From a virus (Duplodnaviria; Heunggongvirae; Uroviricota; Caudoviricetes): a DNA stretch of 34,179 bases. Under the pieces are notes generated by a model. That model saw nothing but the letters and a program-made list of their open reading frames with translations, ran no database searches and was not told the DNA's origin. Position numbers and translations under genes: made by a program. This document shows positions 1 to 10,663 of this stretch, piece by piece. The stretch lies in the IMG/VR virus record IMGVR_UViG_2802429245_000003; one strand, given 5' to 3'. Numbering within the stretch: the stretch's first letter is position 1; every line of letters begins with the position of its first letter.

Positions 1-1595
1 ATGTTGTTAAGGAAATTTTGGCATAATGAACGTGCAGGCATAGTGGTGATCCCCTTGAAATTGTTAGCACAATCAATTAGATCACATCTCACTATGCCTG
101 TCTTGTTTTCTGGGGATTCCTCAGGGGCTATCCCCGTCATTGCTTTCCTGTACCTGAGGATAACTGTCAGTAACAGACAGAGGCTGTCTATGACGCTGTT
201 CCTGCCACATGAAATATGACCCGGAGTCTTCCCACCCGATTGAATCTGCTGGCATAAGGGACACCCCCGCGCCCTGTTTACGCGCTAAATACGGCTTCTT
301 TAACCGTCTGAATGCGGTGAGGATATGTCGGTAAGACTTACCTGAAAATACGGTTAATTTTTTAGTTTAAACCTTTTTTAGTTATTAGTAAGATGCATAT
401 GCTTCAACAGAAGCTGGGAAATTCAACAACTCTTAGATAATTTTGGACCTTGTCCCGCGGCTCCAATCCGACAGCCGCGCTTCTTTTCACTCTCATAGTC
501 AACAGGTTACAAAACCTACACCTGCATGGACATCATATGACCATGTATATTTCATAAATGACAAAGATCGCCCAAGAGCAGACCAGATAACAGGCGGTTA
601 GAGTTGACTGAAACATCAAGCATCGTAGTTCTACGAAGATCTAACGGTGTGATTTGCCCCATATATGCCCCACCACTTAGCATCGAAGAGCACAAAGCCT
701 TGCAATCCAGTGCAAAGCTTTGTGTGCCCCCCACTACGACCTGCATAAGCAATAAGAAGATAGCAGTGATGAGAAACTAGACTGAAGTCTTCTTTTCTTT
801 CACGACTTCCCCATCCCCAGCATGCATACCTTTCTGCCGCAACTGAAGTGAATGTCTGTTATGAGCGAAGAGCTGAATTTGCAGGTTGTACATCAATGGT
901 TACGGGTTAAAGTAGCCCATTTAAAGGATAACTTCCAAAGCAGTGGCAACTAACACTATTTATATCATGGGCAAGTCCTTTCCACTTTTTATGCACTCAT
1001 GAGCATAAAAGTATCAACTATTTCTAATCCATGCCGATACTAAAAAAAATACCACCGTAAAATATAATTAAGAAAAATATTAAGGATCTACATAACCTCA
1101 TTACCACCTACACTGTTCTTGATGCAAAATTTGATATCATTTATATTTTAATTGATGAATTAGAACGTGGTGAAAGGGTATTTTCTGAGTCATCATGGGA
1201 TAGTTATATCGGAATGATGGCGAGCGCTTATTCAAATTATCATGACCAGTTCGAAATATTCAAAGGTTGTAGCTACAATGAACTTTTTAAAATCATTAAA
1301 TAATAATTGCCGTATGTTGCGATCATATCACCAGCGATACCCATGACATTATGGTGACCTGCTCCCCCTTGATTAAGGATAGCGTGGCATCGACCGATTG
1401 AACTCACAGCACATAGCAGTCCTAGAGACACTGGCGTAAAGCCATGGAGGGTCGCTGGGAGGTGGTTCAAATCCTCTCATGCAAAAAAATACGTAAAATC
1501 TATAATGGATGGAAATCATTCAATACTCGCACTATCGATAGCTCACCAGCCAGCCGCAGTATCCTGCCATGACAAGTTGCTGCGGCTTTTTATGT

Positions 1596-1892
1596 TTAAC
1601 GGGTCAACAGCCAGACCAGCAGACACGCCACCATCGGCACAGCAAAATCCATCAGGCTTGCCACATCCCATACACGTGGATCAAAACCGCCCCACCACGG
1701 CATGTTGCTACGTTTCCCTTTCCCAAACTTTTCTATCCAGCGATATTCTGCCTGGGTGTGTTCACGCGCAATGAAGAACGTACAACCAGCTATCGCTCCG
1801 TAAGCCCAGTATCCTGTTATTATTCCGACGAAACATTGCACAATTATTGATGCAATAGCATGGATAAAAGGAGAATAGTCAATCTTATTCAT
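1596..1892 (-). CDS. small predicted inner-membrane protein immediately downstream of tailspike
   Basis: 98-aa ORF with hydrophobic segments (IASIIVQCFVGIITGYWAYGAIAGCTFF; VASLMDFAVPMVACLLVWLL); its ATG overlaps the tailspike stop (ATGA), suggesting translational coupling. Family not recognised. Confidence 0.45.
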   Translation of the reverse strand: MNKIDYSPFIHAIASIIVQCFVGIITGYWAYGAIAGCTFFIAREHTQAEYRWIEKFGKGKRSNMPWWGGFDPRVWDVASLMDFAVPMVACLLVWLLTR

Positions 1893-4648
1893 CAGAATGG
1901 CACCGTTTCAATAATCACACAGGGGCGCATTACATCCCCCATGCGGTTCTCAAGATACAGATAACCAGCACCATTTGGTGGCATAAATGATACGGTGAAT
2001 TTACCATCTGATCCCGTTGTACCAGTTAAGACAGATGAACTAAGTTCCACGTTAATTTTGTTAGACGACTGTTGTGGTGCAAAGTCTTTATCCGACGATA
2101 CTCCAAGCAACATCCCAACCGCCCTATAATTTCTGTCTCGTTCATGGTCGAATAAAGAAACTATAGCCATTTTGGTTTTTGTCGAAATAGGTATGCGCAG
2201 TGCCTGATCGTCGTTCAGGGTGGCAAAGAACTTATTGTCTCCCAGCCTGACAAACTCACCAGGGTTTATGATTTGCGCCGTGCGCAGGTCATACATACTG
2301 AACTGATTAGCTGCGCCACCGTCAAGATAGAATCGGTTTCCACCCTGATCGGAGATGTTTTTAAGAACCTTGGTCCCCTCACAGCGAATAAATGAGAACT
2401 CATCATTCCCTGTATCCTGAGAGGATACGTAAACTACATTTCCGCCAATGATCAGGTTTTCTAATGTCAGCGCGTCACCGGCCCCGGACGCAATAATCCC
2501 AGCCAGCGTGACCTTTTTACCTATTGAGTTTTTCAGAGTGACTGGCAAGGTGCGAATATAGCCGTCATCTGCTCCACAGAACAATTCCAGCAACCCAATT
2601 GCTCGATAATAGGGTCTGGTGTCTGTGCTGTAACTATCTGCATAGTTGTACCCAATCTCGGTAAACGTGTCGTCATACACGAGGCCGTCTATTGTCAGCC
2701 CTCCTCCGTAGGTAAGGCGAGCGCAGCAGCGCGCCACATAACCGTGCACACGACAATCTTTGAGTGTTTCTCGCAAACCACGGAACGCGTATGGCAGCCA
2801 GCAATCAACGACTAAGCAATTTGTATAGTTGGAGCCGTATGCCGCTCCATGTGACCCCATACCCGAATTTTGGGTTTTGCCTACAGGCCAGAAAGCAGTT
2901 CCGGTATAGTCAACGCCTCCACCAGAGACGACGCTATTCACAACTTGCGTCTCCCAACTAATCATCTGCGCACCGATAATATCGATACCGCGACGGCAGC
3001 GATATGTCTTAACATTTTCAACCATGGCACCGAAACACTGGTTGATGCTAATTCCGTATCCTGTCCCATTCCAAGTATCATAACCTCGGTTTGCATCCAT
3101 CGCGGTAACATCGCGGAGCACAGGAAGGTATGATCCTCGTACACGCAGACAGGTGTCAGAAAAACCACTAACAGTTATACCCTCTATCAATGTATCGGTA
3201 GAATACAATACATCCAGCCCTCTGAATCCAACGTCACCGGCCTTAGCATTGCTAGTGAGCTCGCGTGAAATAACAAACGCTCCTGTCATTTTAAACGTAA
3301 TAGGTTTGGATATGGTAACTACAGTCGCCCATTCCATCTTGAACTGATCTCCAGCAGCTGGAATGTTATTGAAAGCAGACTGACGACCACCGATTGTCAA
3401 CAAGTTTCCGCTATAATGCGAAATGTATCTGGATTGACCAGCATTAGCGCCAGTTGTGAACGTAATACGGACATTTGCATTTTCGCGGGTCAATGTTATA
3501 CCTGAAACTGTAAATGAAGCGCCGCTAGTTGCCGCTGTAACGGTTCCATATTGTATGTTTGACGCCGGAGCGGCATACCGCAACGTGTTGCACAGGCCAA
3601 CACGCTTTGTAGCGTGATTTACAGATGAGACTTTGCAAACCTGCCCCTCTATATCCTGTCCACGATTATCTGTCTGAATTAGCCTGGATGTCTGGAAGCA
3701 AACGAGATCCCCGACTTCAATATCAGCAGTATCGGATAGGGTAACAACACCAGCATTTCTGGCAGCATCAACTACGAGGTTAACTTGTTTTAAAAATACC
3801 CCTCGTATACGAATAGCGTAATCCGCGTCATAATTAGTAGCGTCAGGTGTGACTTTAGTGCTAACAAGGTGTACCCGCCCGTTCGCAATCCATTCAGTTA
3901 CAGCTTGGCTATCTTGGGATCGCTTGACATGAATTGACGTATAATTATACACACCTTGTTCAAACACCAGTCTGCGCCCCTCATCTACTGCTACCTGAGA
4001 CGCTGCCTGAATCGGGATTGTGTAGTCAGAGATTCCATCTCCCTGTTCACAGAACCACAACAATAAAATATCGCCATCATATTCCCGCTTCCATCGCCTA
4101 CCGATAGCGTCGACCAATACAGTACCTCCATTATCATCAGTGGTTGAGTCGGTATCGTCACGCACGAATATGCCATCTCCACCATCGTTAATTACAGAGC
4201 GTCCATAGCACTGGATTTTAATTCCTGCGCCAGAGTACGAACGGATGTCGTCGTAATTTCCCGCACCTATAAGCGACGCCCCACCAACCCCAGCTAATTC
4301 CATACTGAACTGATCAGGGTCATATTTAAGAACATTAGGAAAATAGAACTGCTGCGTGCCATATGCATCATATACAGCCATAGAATGGCCTTGCACAGTT
4401 ACAAACTTGGCAATCTGTCCGTTATATACCGGATATCCGGCAGCGTTAATGATGATTGGTTGAGATACAGGAACGTGAGAACCGTCTTCATTCTCCACAT
4501 AAACCTGAATCTGGTTTTCTGGATTTACCGGGTCAGTGTCAATTTTACCGATATAAATTTTGCCATTGGCAACTGCTTTAAAAGAGCGCGCCATAGTGAA
4601 GAGTTGCGATGGCATACTCACTACAACATTGGCTGTAATGTCTGTCAT
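1892..4648 (-). CDS. tailspike protein: P22-type N-terminal head-binding domain fused to a long divergent receptor-binding/depolymerase-like domain
   Basis: 918 aa. N-terminus [11 protein letters not shown]...[33 protein letters not shown]...[24 protein letters not shown] is near-identical in pattern to P22 gp9 head-binding domain; the rest does not resemble P22 gp9. Last gene of the late operon. Confidence 0.9.
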   Translation of the reverse strand: MTDITANVVVSMPSQLFTMARSFKAVANGKIYIGKIDTDPVNPENQIQVYVENEDGSHVPVSQPIIINAAGYPVYNGQIAKFVTVQGHSMAVYDAYGTQQFYFPNVLKYDPDQFSMELAGVGGASLIGAGNYDDIRSYSGAGIKIQCYGRSVINDGGDGIFVRDDTDSTTDDNGGTVLVDAIGRRWKREYDGDILLLWFCEQGDGISDYTIPIQAASQVAVDEGRRLVFEQGVYNYTSIHVKRSQDSQAVTEWIANGRVHLVSTKVTPDATNYDADYAIRIRGVFLKQVNLVVDAARNAGVVTLSDTADIEVGDLVCFQTSRLIQTDNRGQDIEGQVCKVSSVNHATKRVGLCNTLRYAAPASNIQYGTVTAATSGASFTVSGITLTRENANVRITFTTGANAGQSRYISHYSGNLLTIGGRQSAFNNIPAAGDQFKMEWATVVTISKPITFKMTGAFVISRELTSNAKAGDVGFRGLDVLYSTDTLIEGITVSGFSDTCLRVRGSYLPVLRDVTAMDANRGYDTWNGTGYGISINQCFGAMVENVKTYRCRRGIDIIGAQMISWETQVVNSVVSGGGVDYTGTAFWPVGKTQNSGMGSHGAAYGSNYTNCLVVDCWLPYAFRGLRETLKDCRVHGYVARCCARLTYGGGLTIDGLVYDDTFTEIGYNYADSYSTDTRPYYRAIGLLELFCGADDGYIRTLPVTLKNSIGKKVTLAGIIASGAGDALTLENLIIGGNVVYVSSQDTGNDEFSFIRCEGTKVLKNISDQGGNRFYLDGGAANQFSMYDLRTAQIINPGEFVRLGDNKFFATLNDDQALRIPISTKTKMAIVSLFDHERDRNYRAVGMLLGVSSDKDFAPQQSSNKINVELSSSVLTGTTGSDGKFTVSFMPPNGAGYLYLENRMGDVMRPCVIIETVPF

Positions 4649-4714
4649 TTAATTTGCTCCAGATACAGAAAATCGCTGCAGCGTTGCCGCAGTGATGCAT
4701 TATTAATCAAACAA

Positions 4715-4732
4715 AGAGACCGCCGTGGTCTT
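4715..4732. promoter_or_regulatory. candidate operator: inverted repeat AGACC-N5-GGTCT in the mnt / tailspike intergenic region
   Basis: AGAGACCGCCGTGGTCTT lies about 65 bp upstream of the mnt start; P22 Mnt also binds a GC-rich symmetric operator, but this sequence is not the P22 one. Confidence 0.3.
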
Positions 4733-4794
4733 ATTGAGGATGTAACCATCAGATAATAAGATGCCGATCCACTCACAAAAGCGAGGCATCAAGA

Positions 4795-5046
4795 ATGGGA
4801 AGAGATGACCCGCAATTTAATCTGCGGCTACCTTACGAATTAAAGGAAAAAATAAAACAGCGAGCCAAATCCAATGGCCGCTCTCTTAATTCAGAATTAG
4901 TTCAGATAGTGACTGACGCTGTATCAAAGCCATCCAAAATTTCAGGCTATCGAGACGATGCGGAACGCATCGCTGATGAGCAGTCCGAACTTGTTAAGAA
5001 GATGGTGTTTGATACGCTGAAGGATTTGTACAAAAAACCCACCTGA
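4795..5046 (+). CDS. mnt: Mnt-family ribbon-helix-helix repressor
   Basis: 83 aa; matches P22 Mnt over most of its length from memory (…NGRS.NSEL.QIV.DA.SKPS...GYR.DAER.ADEQSELVKKMVFDTLKDLYKK). N-terminal strand reads PQFNLR (Arc-like) instead of PHFNFR. Confidence 0.9.
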   Translation: MGRDDPQFNLRLPYELKEKIKQRAKSNGRSLNSELVQIVTDAVSKPSKISGYRDDAERIADEQSELVKKMVFDTLKDLYKKPT

Positions 5047-5064
5047 CGGTGGGTTAATTTTTGC
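5031..5064 (+). terminator. rho-independent terminator overlapping the mnt stop codon (bidirectional shape)
   Basis: Stem AACCCACC / GGTGGGTT with loop TGAC, followed by AATTTTTGC and preceded by an A-tract; the mnt TGA sits in the loop. Confidence 0.6.
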
Positions 5065-5145
5065 ATTTACCTGGGCCATATTGACTACTTATAAAATGAG
5101 ATCAATATTTAATCGCCCAATAACGGGTGTATGTTGAGGTATATC

Positions 5146-5325
5146 ATGGCGAAAAAACCAGGTGAAAACACAGGAAAAAACGGCGGAATATACCAAGAAG
5201 TTGGCCCACGCGGCGGTAAGAAAGACAATTTTGCCACCGTCAAGGACAACGAAAGGCTTCCGCCAACAACAAAGCCAGGTCATGGCTGGGTATTGGATAA
5301 GCGAACTCCAGACAGCAAAAAGTAA
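5146..5325 (+). CDS. small YjzC-like protein
   Basis: About 59 aa, MAKKPGENTGKNGGIYQEVGPRGGKKDNFATVKDNERLPPTTKPGHGWVLDKRTP, resembling the YjzC-like small-protein family; GAGG ribosome-binding site 6 nt upstream of the ATG at 5146. Confidence 0.5.
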   Translation: MAKKPGENTGKNGGIYQEVGPRGGKKDNFATVKDNERLPPTTKPGHGWVLDKRTPDSKK

Positions 5326-5338
5326 TAATCAAGCCTGG

Positions 5339-5704
5339 TCACTCCGGCTTTTTGATATGTCGCTCGCAGAACTCAACAAGCCTGCTCATTAAATAGCAGT
5401 AAGTCTCGTTGGCTCTTCCTGGTTCAACATCAACACCGACCCTTGAGCAGATATCGAATGCCATGTGAGCGCACTCATGGGCAATAGTAGATAGTTTGCC
5501 ATTGAACACGCCTATCACATGCAAAACACCATTCTCGCTGCTCATTGTATGAGACGCTCCGTTGGCATCCGAGTCCTGCACGTCCACGCCAAGTTTTTGA
5601 TGCAGGCGTTGCCATTCTGGAAAGTCTCTACAAAACACAATTGTACCGCTCTCAAAGAGCGGAACGAGCATCTTTGGTACGTTTCCAATGTTAACTTTTT
5701 TCAT
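5339..5704 (-). CDS. hypothetical protein with HExxH motif (possible small metallopeptidase-like protein)
   Basis: 121 aa from the ATG at 5704 (AGGA ribosome-binding site upstream); contains [10 protein letters not shown]. Family not recognised. Confidence 0.4.
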   Translation of the reverse strand: MKKVNIGNVPKMLVPLFESGTIVFCRDFPEWQRLHQKLGVDVQDSDANGASHTMSSENGVLHVIGVFNGKLSTIAHECAHMAFDICSRVGVDVEPGRANETYCYLMSRLVEFCERHIKKPE

Positions 5705-5734
5705 GGTATCCTGCACAAAACTAAGGAGGTTGGT

Positions 5735-6229
5735 GTGTCTGATTCTATGAGTTACGCTGTGCTAGTTGCCGCAACTCTATTTCTGGGGATAGGGTTGCAG
5801 ATTGCGTGGTTCTTTTTTTCTAGTTTTATTAAACGTAAAAGAATTGAATCAAGGATATCTGAGATTTCTATTGCTATAGGGAAAAATGCTGAAAATCCAG
5901 AGAATGAGGCCTGCGCACTGAATTACCTTAAAGAAAAGTTTTCCCCTGAAAAATTTGAAAACAGAATTACTGATGCTCTTGGATTGGTAATATCAGTAAT
6001 TCATATGCCACTAAGTTTGCTGATAACAGTGTGGTACTTCGCCATGATCGCCGGAAGAATATTTGGTTTCATGAATATAGAGCCTGTAGTTCTTTGGGTT
6101 CCAATGATACTGCAATTGTTGTTAAGCGTTGCTATCTTTATTTTTTCTGTTTTTATAAAAATTATCTTTGGAAGATACCCAGGAGAAGCGAAGGGATTTA
6201 ATAAAGAATTCATAAAAACTATAAAATAA
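5735..6229 (+). CDS. AT-rich gene for a predicted polytopic inner-membrane protein; candidate superinfection-exclusion moron by position
   Basis: AGGAGG at 5724-5729 followed by in-frame GTG (5735) and ATG (5747). Three hydrophobic helices ([24 protein letters not shown]; [26 protein letters not shown]; [28 protein letters not shown]). Sits where P22 has sieA, between gene 16 and mnt; no sequence identity established. Confidence 0.5.
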   Translation: MSDSMSYAVLVAATLFLGIGLQIAWFFFSSFIKRKRIESRISEISIAIGKNAENPENEACALNYLKEKFSPEKFENRITDALGLVISVIHMPLSLLITVWYFAMIAGRIFGFMNIEPVVLWVPMILQLLLSVAIFIFSVFIKIIFGRYPGEAKGFNKEFIKTIK

Positions 6230-6251
6230 ATGCCGTCCTTGGCTTACAGTG

Positions 6252-8093
6252 CTACTGCCGGGTAGCTTCGTTAACTAAGAGCGGGCGCACGGCAGTAGCC
6301 GCCTGATTTAGCGCTCTTTCATAAGCTGGCGTTCCAGCTTTAGTGTTTGCCAGACGTAAGAGCGCATTCCTTGCTGCTTTGGACTCATACAAGCGCATCA
6401 TTGCACCGAAACCAGCCTCAAGCCCCATTGATACGCCAAGAGTCGCAGTTGCGCCAATCGTCCTTATCCTGTTGGCTTGTGATTGCCCAGTCTGAGTTAC
6501 TATATTTGCGGTGTCTGACCTTGCTGTTTGCTGTAGAACTTCATGAAGAGCATCAAGCTCTTTCATGTGCTTTCCAGAAAAAATAGTGTTGTAAATTTCA
6601 CCGCCTGACTGAGATTTCAGCTTATTAACTTCAGTGATGAACTTGGCTGGAGAGTCACCGGCCTTTTCCGCTATTTTGCTGACGTAAGCAGCACGCATAG
6701 CATCTTTCCCTTTATCATCCAGTGCGCTCCAGATTCGTTTCACGTCAGATGGTTTTCTGCTTAATACAACGGTATTTATAAGTTCAGGACTGGCTTCACT
6801 GCTTGCCTTGTTGAGCTTGTTAGCAATGTTTTTATTAAGCACCTTATTATAAACGTTTGCATAATCGGAATTTGCTTTAAGGTATTTTGCTGCGTCTGAT
6901 GCACCGAGGTTTTTAGCAACTGCGTTACGAAGGTCTTTTGACATTGCATTCTCTACCATATTGGTAGCTGCTTTTGCCTGGTTGGGGAAGACCATAGCAT
7001 CTCCCTGTACATTAGATCTAAATGCTGTTCTGTGCTGACGCAAGAGATCAAACGTAACATCCAAATCAGTTGCAGGGTTTGCTAATTCTTCACGTAGGTT
7101 ACGCAAGGATGTAAGCAGGCTTTGATTGGCAGACGTTCCAAGTCGTTCCTGTCTTGCGATCGCTGTATTCAGAGCATTCATGGTATTTGTGGTATCAACT
7201 GCAGCATTACCCATTTTATTGGTGACGTCATTGATAACAGCGCCAGCGGCATCCTTCCGTCTCCTTAGCGTGGTGGTCAGAGATTTCACCACATCATCCG
7301 GGTTGTACTCACCAAAACGGTCAAAATAATTACTTACCAACTTACTACGCGTTGCATATTGCTCTGCCCTTTTACTGCCAGTTCCAAGAATGGCCCCCTC
7401 AGCACCCTGAGTAAGGCCACGAGTGAAAGCATTTTTCGGTGGGATGACATCAGATGTCATTGGTGTCACACCCATTGATTCTGAGGTGGCAATTTTTTTC
7501 GCCACTTCTGGCGCAATATCGCCTTTTATAGCCGTTATTCCGCGCCCTATTCCCTTTGCTGCTGCGGAAAGAACCCCCTGAGCGGCAAGGTTAACTCCGG
7601 CATTTTTAGCTGCATTTTGTGCGAAATCGCCTTTCTGGTTTGCGGCTTCTGCCAGTGATCCAATAGCCATGCTTCCTGCCGTTCCAACTCCTGGAACTAA
7701 ATACCCGCCAATTGTTTCTCCAGCTTGAGCGTAGGGGTCTGTCGGTCGATCGACTGGACGATAGACATCATCCAATACTTTTGGCCCACCAAGCCCCTGA
7801 CTGATTGCATTAATCAGACTTGCGCCACCCTGCAATACGTCAAATGGTATGTTTACCAGACCACGACCAGCCTGCTCTGCAATTTGTCCTGCACTTTGAC
7901 CACCTGTGAGCCAATCGCCAGCTTGTTGCATCAATGATGGTTCTTCACGTGCTGGTTCATTATTGGCCTGATTAACTGTTTGTTGCTGAACAGCCTGACC
8001 AGCAAAATACTCATCAATGGCGGTGCCAATATCTTCGGTGCTCGTGCCATCAGGAAAGGTAAATGTCTTACCGTTTGCAGTTACTTTCATCAT
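6252..8093 (-). CDS. ejection (DNA-transfer) protein, P22 gp16 homologue
   Basis: 613 aa (P22 gp16 is about 609 aa); conserved position as last ejection-protein gene after gp7 and gp20. Confidence 0.8.
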   Translation of the reverse strand: MMKVTANGKTFTFPDGTSTEDIGTAIDEYFAGQAVQQQTVNQANNEPAREEPSLMQQAGDWLTGGQSAGQIAEQAGRGLVNIPFDVLQGGASLINAISQGLGGPKVLDDVYRPVDRPTDPYAQAGETIGGYLVPGVGTAGSMAIGSLAEAANQKGDFAQNAAKNAGVNLAAQGVLSAAAKGIGRGITAIKGDIAPEVAKKIATSESMGVTPMTSDVIPPKNAFTRGLTQGAEGAILGTGSKRAEQYATRSKLVSNYFDRFGEYNPDDVVKSLTTTLRRRKDAAGAVINDVTNKMGNAAVDTTNTMNALNTAIARQERLGTSANQSLLTSLRNLREELANPATDLDVTFDLLRQHRTAFRSNVQGDAMVFPNQAKAATNMVENAMSKDLRNAVAKNLGASDAAKYLKANSDYANVYNKVLNKNIANKLNKASSEASPELINTVVLSRKPSDVKRIWSALDDKGKDAMRAAYVSKIAEKAGDSPAKFITEVNKLKSQSGGEIYNTIFSGKHMKELDALHEVLQQTARSDTANIVTQTGQSQANRIRTIGATATLGVSMGLEAGFGAMMRLYESKAARNALLRLANTKAGTPAYERALNQAATAVRPLLVNEATRQ

Positions 8094-9505
8094 TCCACCG
8101 TAAATTGAATGCCTGATTTTGAGGTATATGATCCAACCTGATTCCGTGGTTCTCCTGAAGGTGTCGAATCTTGTGCTGGCGCTGCGTCAGTATTCAATGA
8201 CATATACCGCTTAACGGCACTCCCCAATGATTCACCTTTTTTAACATCCAACCCCAATATCTGACCGCCATTACGCGATTGTCCAGGGTTGCCATTCGCG
8301 CTCATCCACTCAGCTTTAAACTCATTAAACTGCGCGTTTCGTCGCTCAAGGTTTGCCATTGCATCAAGCCATCTTGCAACCGTCTCAGGGTTATCCATGT
8401 CAGTTGGCGCACCCTGTCGAACGATCTCAACGTCTTTATCCGTTGCTGGGCCGGGAGGTAGGAATTTAAGAACCTGACTGTTAACAAGGGCATTTTGGCG
8501 AATGCGCAAATCACGCAATGTCGTATCGCTTCCGGTAAGTTTTGCGAACATGTTCTGTGCGTTACCGAACAAACCTGTCGTTGGTTTTTCTGCTCTGAAC
8601 TGTTGAGCAAGCGCACTCATGGAATTGGCTGAGTTTGATGATGCTGTGGCATTGTTTACAGCTGTCTCGATGCCTTTTTCCATGTTTACTGACAGCTTAG
8701 GTGCTTCGCTAATCAACTGCTGAGCCTTTTCCTGCGCTTGCTGCATCTTAAACCCGAACTCTTGCTGATCCAGAGCCAAGCGTTGTGCTGCGATATTGTG
8801 CCCAGTCATTGCTGACTGATAGGAAAGGTTTTGCCCTCTCGCCTGAAGTGCTTCACCAGCCTGATTGCTGCGGATTGTCTCTGCCAGCCTGCCTCGGTCA
8901 ATCTCACGACCAGCCATCTTGTCCTGAACAGCAAACGCCTTTTCTGGCCCAAGTGCACCGAGAGACATAGTAGTCAGCATGTGTGATAGCTGCTCTGGAT
9001 TCTGAATACCTGTCTGAATCATCCAGTCAGCATTCGCCCCCACGCGATTTAACCTGTCCTTGTTATCAGTAATGAATTTACTGTAGGCTTCCGGTCCCTG
9101 AGAAAGAGCGACGTTAGCCCTCATGGCTAAATCGCCCATATCGTTGCGTTGCTGCTCATTAAGACCGGAAAACGCCTGTTGTGCCTGTGCAACAAACGCT
9201 GGATTTTCCTGGGCAAACTTAAATAGTCCCGATGGATCACCAGAAGCCCATGCATCAGCGTGAACCTTATTGAACGCACTAATAGCTTTCTGTTGCTGTT
9301 CCTGCTTATAAATATCAGCAACTCCAGCCAGACCACGTAACGCGGTCAGACCAACGTTATTTGCACCTGATCGAGCCAGTTCATTGTTTTCGCGGATCAG
9401 ACCAAGCGTTGCGTTAATGTCGCTTGCCTTTGGCGCATTCTCATTTTGCGCACCGATGCCAGCAAGAAACCCACCAGAATTAATACCCTGTTGCCACGTA
9501 GCCAT
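8090..9505 (-). CDS. ejection protein, P22 gp20 homologue
   Basis: 471 aa, same size and position as P22 gp20; stop overlaps gp16 start. Confidence 0.8.
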   Translation of the reverse strand: MATWQQGINSGGFLAGIGAQNENAPKASDINATLGLIRENNELARSGANNVGLTALRGLAGVADIYKQEQQQKAISAFNKVHADAWASGDPSGLFKFAQENPAFVAQAQQAFSGLNEQQRNDMGDLAMRANVALSQGPEAYSKFITDNKDRLNRVGANADWMIQTGIQNPEQLSHMLTTMSLGALGPEKAFAVQDKMAGREIDRGRLAETIRSNQAGEALQARGQNLSYQSAMTGHNIAAQRLALDQQEFGFKMQQAQEKAQQLISEAPKLSVNMEKGIETAVNNATASSNSANSMSALAQQFRAEKPTTGLFGNAQNMFAKLTGSDTTLRDLRIRQNALVNSQVLKFLPPGPATDKDVEIVRQGAPTDMDNPETVARWLDAMANLERRNAQFNEFKAEWMSANGNPGQSRNGGQILGLDVKKGESLGSAVKRYMSLNTDAAPAQDSTPSGEPRNQVGSYTSKSGIQFTVE

Positions 9506-9515
9506 TGATTAACCC

Positions 9516-10205
9516 TTAAAACAGTGAACCAAGCAGACCAAGACCAGCACCAATACCAGCACCCCACGGAGTTGATAGCTCGAGAGCACTGGCTATGCCA
9601 CCCCCCAAAAGCGCACCGGATGCAGCACCACTAACACCCTGCTGCAATGCTGACGGTCGGTTGGCGTTTGCCGCCGCCAGCGCCGCGCTTTGCTGTGAAA
9701 TCTGACTCATGTTGTTGGCATATGTTTGCCCGGCGTTTGCCTGACCTTGCAGCGCGCCAAGACCAATATTTGCCAGATTCTGGTAGTTGTTCATTTGTCC
9801 AGATAGCCATTGCTGACCAAGCGTTGGTGCGATTGTTGCTAACTGATTACTGGTTGCGGTGGAACCTAATCCACCTGTTGCTTCCGCTGCCGCCAGACTC
9901 TGATAGCGCGCCTGACTTGCAAGGTCTTTGTACTGCTGAGAGTTGTAATACTGGTTAAGCGCCTGACCTTGCCCCTCCAGAGACGATAAGTTCTCGAGGC
10001 TGCCGACATACTTCTCAGCCAGAGGAGTAAACGGTTTCAGGTTGTTCATGATGGTGTTGAACTGCTGATTTTGCAGGTCTGCGGCATACTTCTGAGCTTC
10101 TGCTGCATACTTTGCGCTTTTATCGGAGCCACCTTTCCCGCCTTTTTCAGGGCAATAAGGTTCCTCGCCGCGCAGTTTTCTGCCCAGCTTAAATGCATAT
10201 AACAT
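9516..10205 (-). CDS. ejection protein, P22 gp7 homologue
   Basis: 229 aa; N-terminus MLYAFKLGRKLRGEEPYCPEKGGKGG matches P22 gp7 from memory; Gln/Ala/Gly-rich low-complexity C-terminus. Confidence 0.85.
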   Translation of the reverse strand: MLYAFKLGRKLRGEEPYCPEKGGKGGSDKSAKYAAEAQKYAADLQNQQFNTIMNNLKPFTPLAEKYVGSLENLSSLEGQGQALNQYYNSQQYKDLASQARYQSLAAAEATGGLGSTATSNQLATIAPTLGQQWLSGQMNNYQNLANIGLGALQGQANAGQTYANNMSQISQQSAALAAANANRPSALQQGVSGAASGALLGGGIASALELSTPWGAGIGAGLGLLGSLF

Positions 10206-10207
10206 GG

Positions 10208-10663
10208 CTATCTCCCGTGATTCAGGAAGTCGATTAGTTCTTCGCGTGTTGCGCTGTAAAAAGTCACGTCATCCACGCCTTTGAAGTATTTCTTGATGGT
10301 TCCTACACGCTTAAGGCCAATCATTGCGCAGTACATCTGCCCGTGGCGGAATTTGCGTGCAGCGAACGATGTGACGCACTGAACGGTGGTGTTAGTCAGA
10401 ATGTATCGCCAGAAAGCCAGCCCGATTTCCTTGCTGAATCCGCGAACCTCTGGCAGGTACATGGCGTGGCAATCGAATGTCAGAGGCTGAATCTCCTGAT
10501 AGTAAACAATGCCGCCAAACTGACCGTGCACGTTAACCTCAAAGTAACGGCATTCAGGCTTGTAGTCGTATCCATCACCGTTGTTGCTCCCGGCAATAAT
10601 GTCAGGGTGATTTCCGACTGCTTCTATCAGGTCGATGTTTCGCGTTGGTTTGAATGTAATCAT
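10208..10663 (-). CDS. P22 gp14-position head/ejection-associated protein
   Basis: 151 aa ORF between tail needle and gp7, the slot gp14 occupies in P22-like phages; assigned by synteny only. Confidence 0.6.
   Translation of the reverse strand: MITFKPTRNIDLIEAVGNHPDIIAGSNNGDGYDYKPECRYFEVNVHGQFGGIVYYQEIQPLTFDCHAMYLPEVRGFSKEIGLAFWRYILTNTTVQCVTSFAARKFRHGQMYCAMIGLKRVGTIKKYFKGVDDVTFYSATREELIDFLNHGR

Noticed and set aside
552-752. 66-aa and similar short ORFs in the left 1.5 kb (1-219, 552-752, 1273-1470)
   Set aside because: No ribosome-binding sites or recognisable motifs, and overlapping or antisense arrangements; insufficient support to call them genes.
1462-1485. GGTTCAAATCC-containing stretch resembling a tRNA or tmRNA T-arm, a possible att core
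   Set aside because: The flanking bases cannot form a 5-bp T-stem around a 7-nt loop and there is no acceptor stem or CCA context; not a tRNA or tmRNA 3' end as far as can be judged by eye.
4385-4756. 123-aa plus-strand ORF overlapping the tailspike start and the mnt operator region
   Set aside because: Antisense to the well-supported tailspike gene and spanning an intergenic regulatory region; typical spurious reverse-strand ORF.
5519-5734. N-terminal extension of the membrane-protein ORF back to an upstream start
   Set aside because: The extension overlaps the convergent HExxH gene on the other strand and precedes the AGGAGG ribosome-binding site; the real start is most likely GTG 5735 or ATG 5747.
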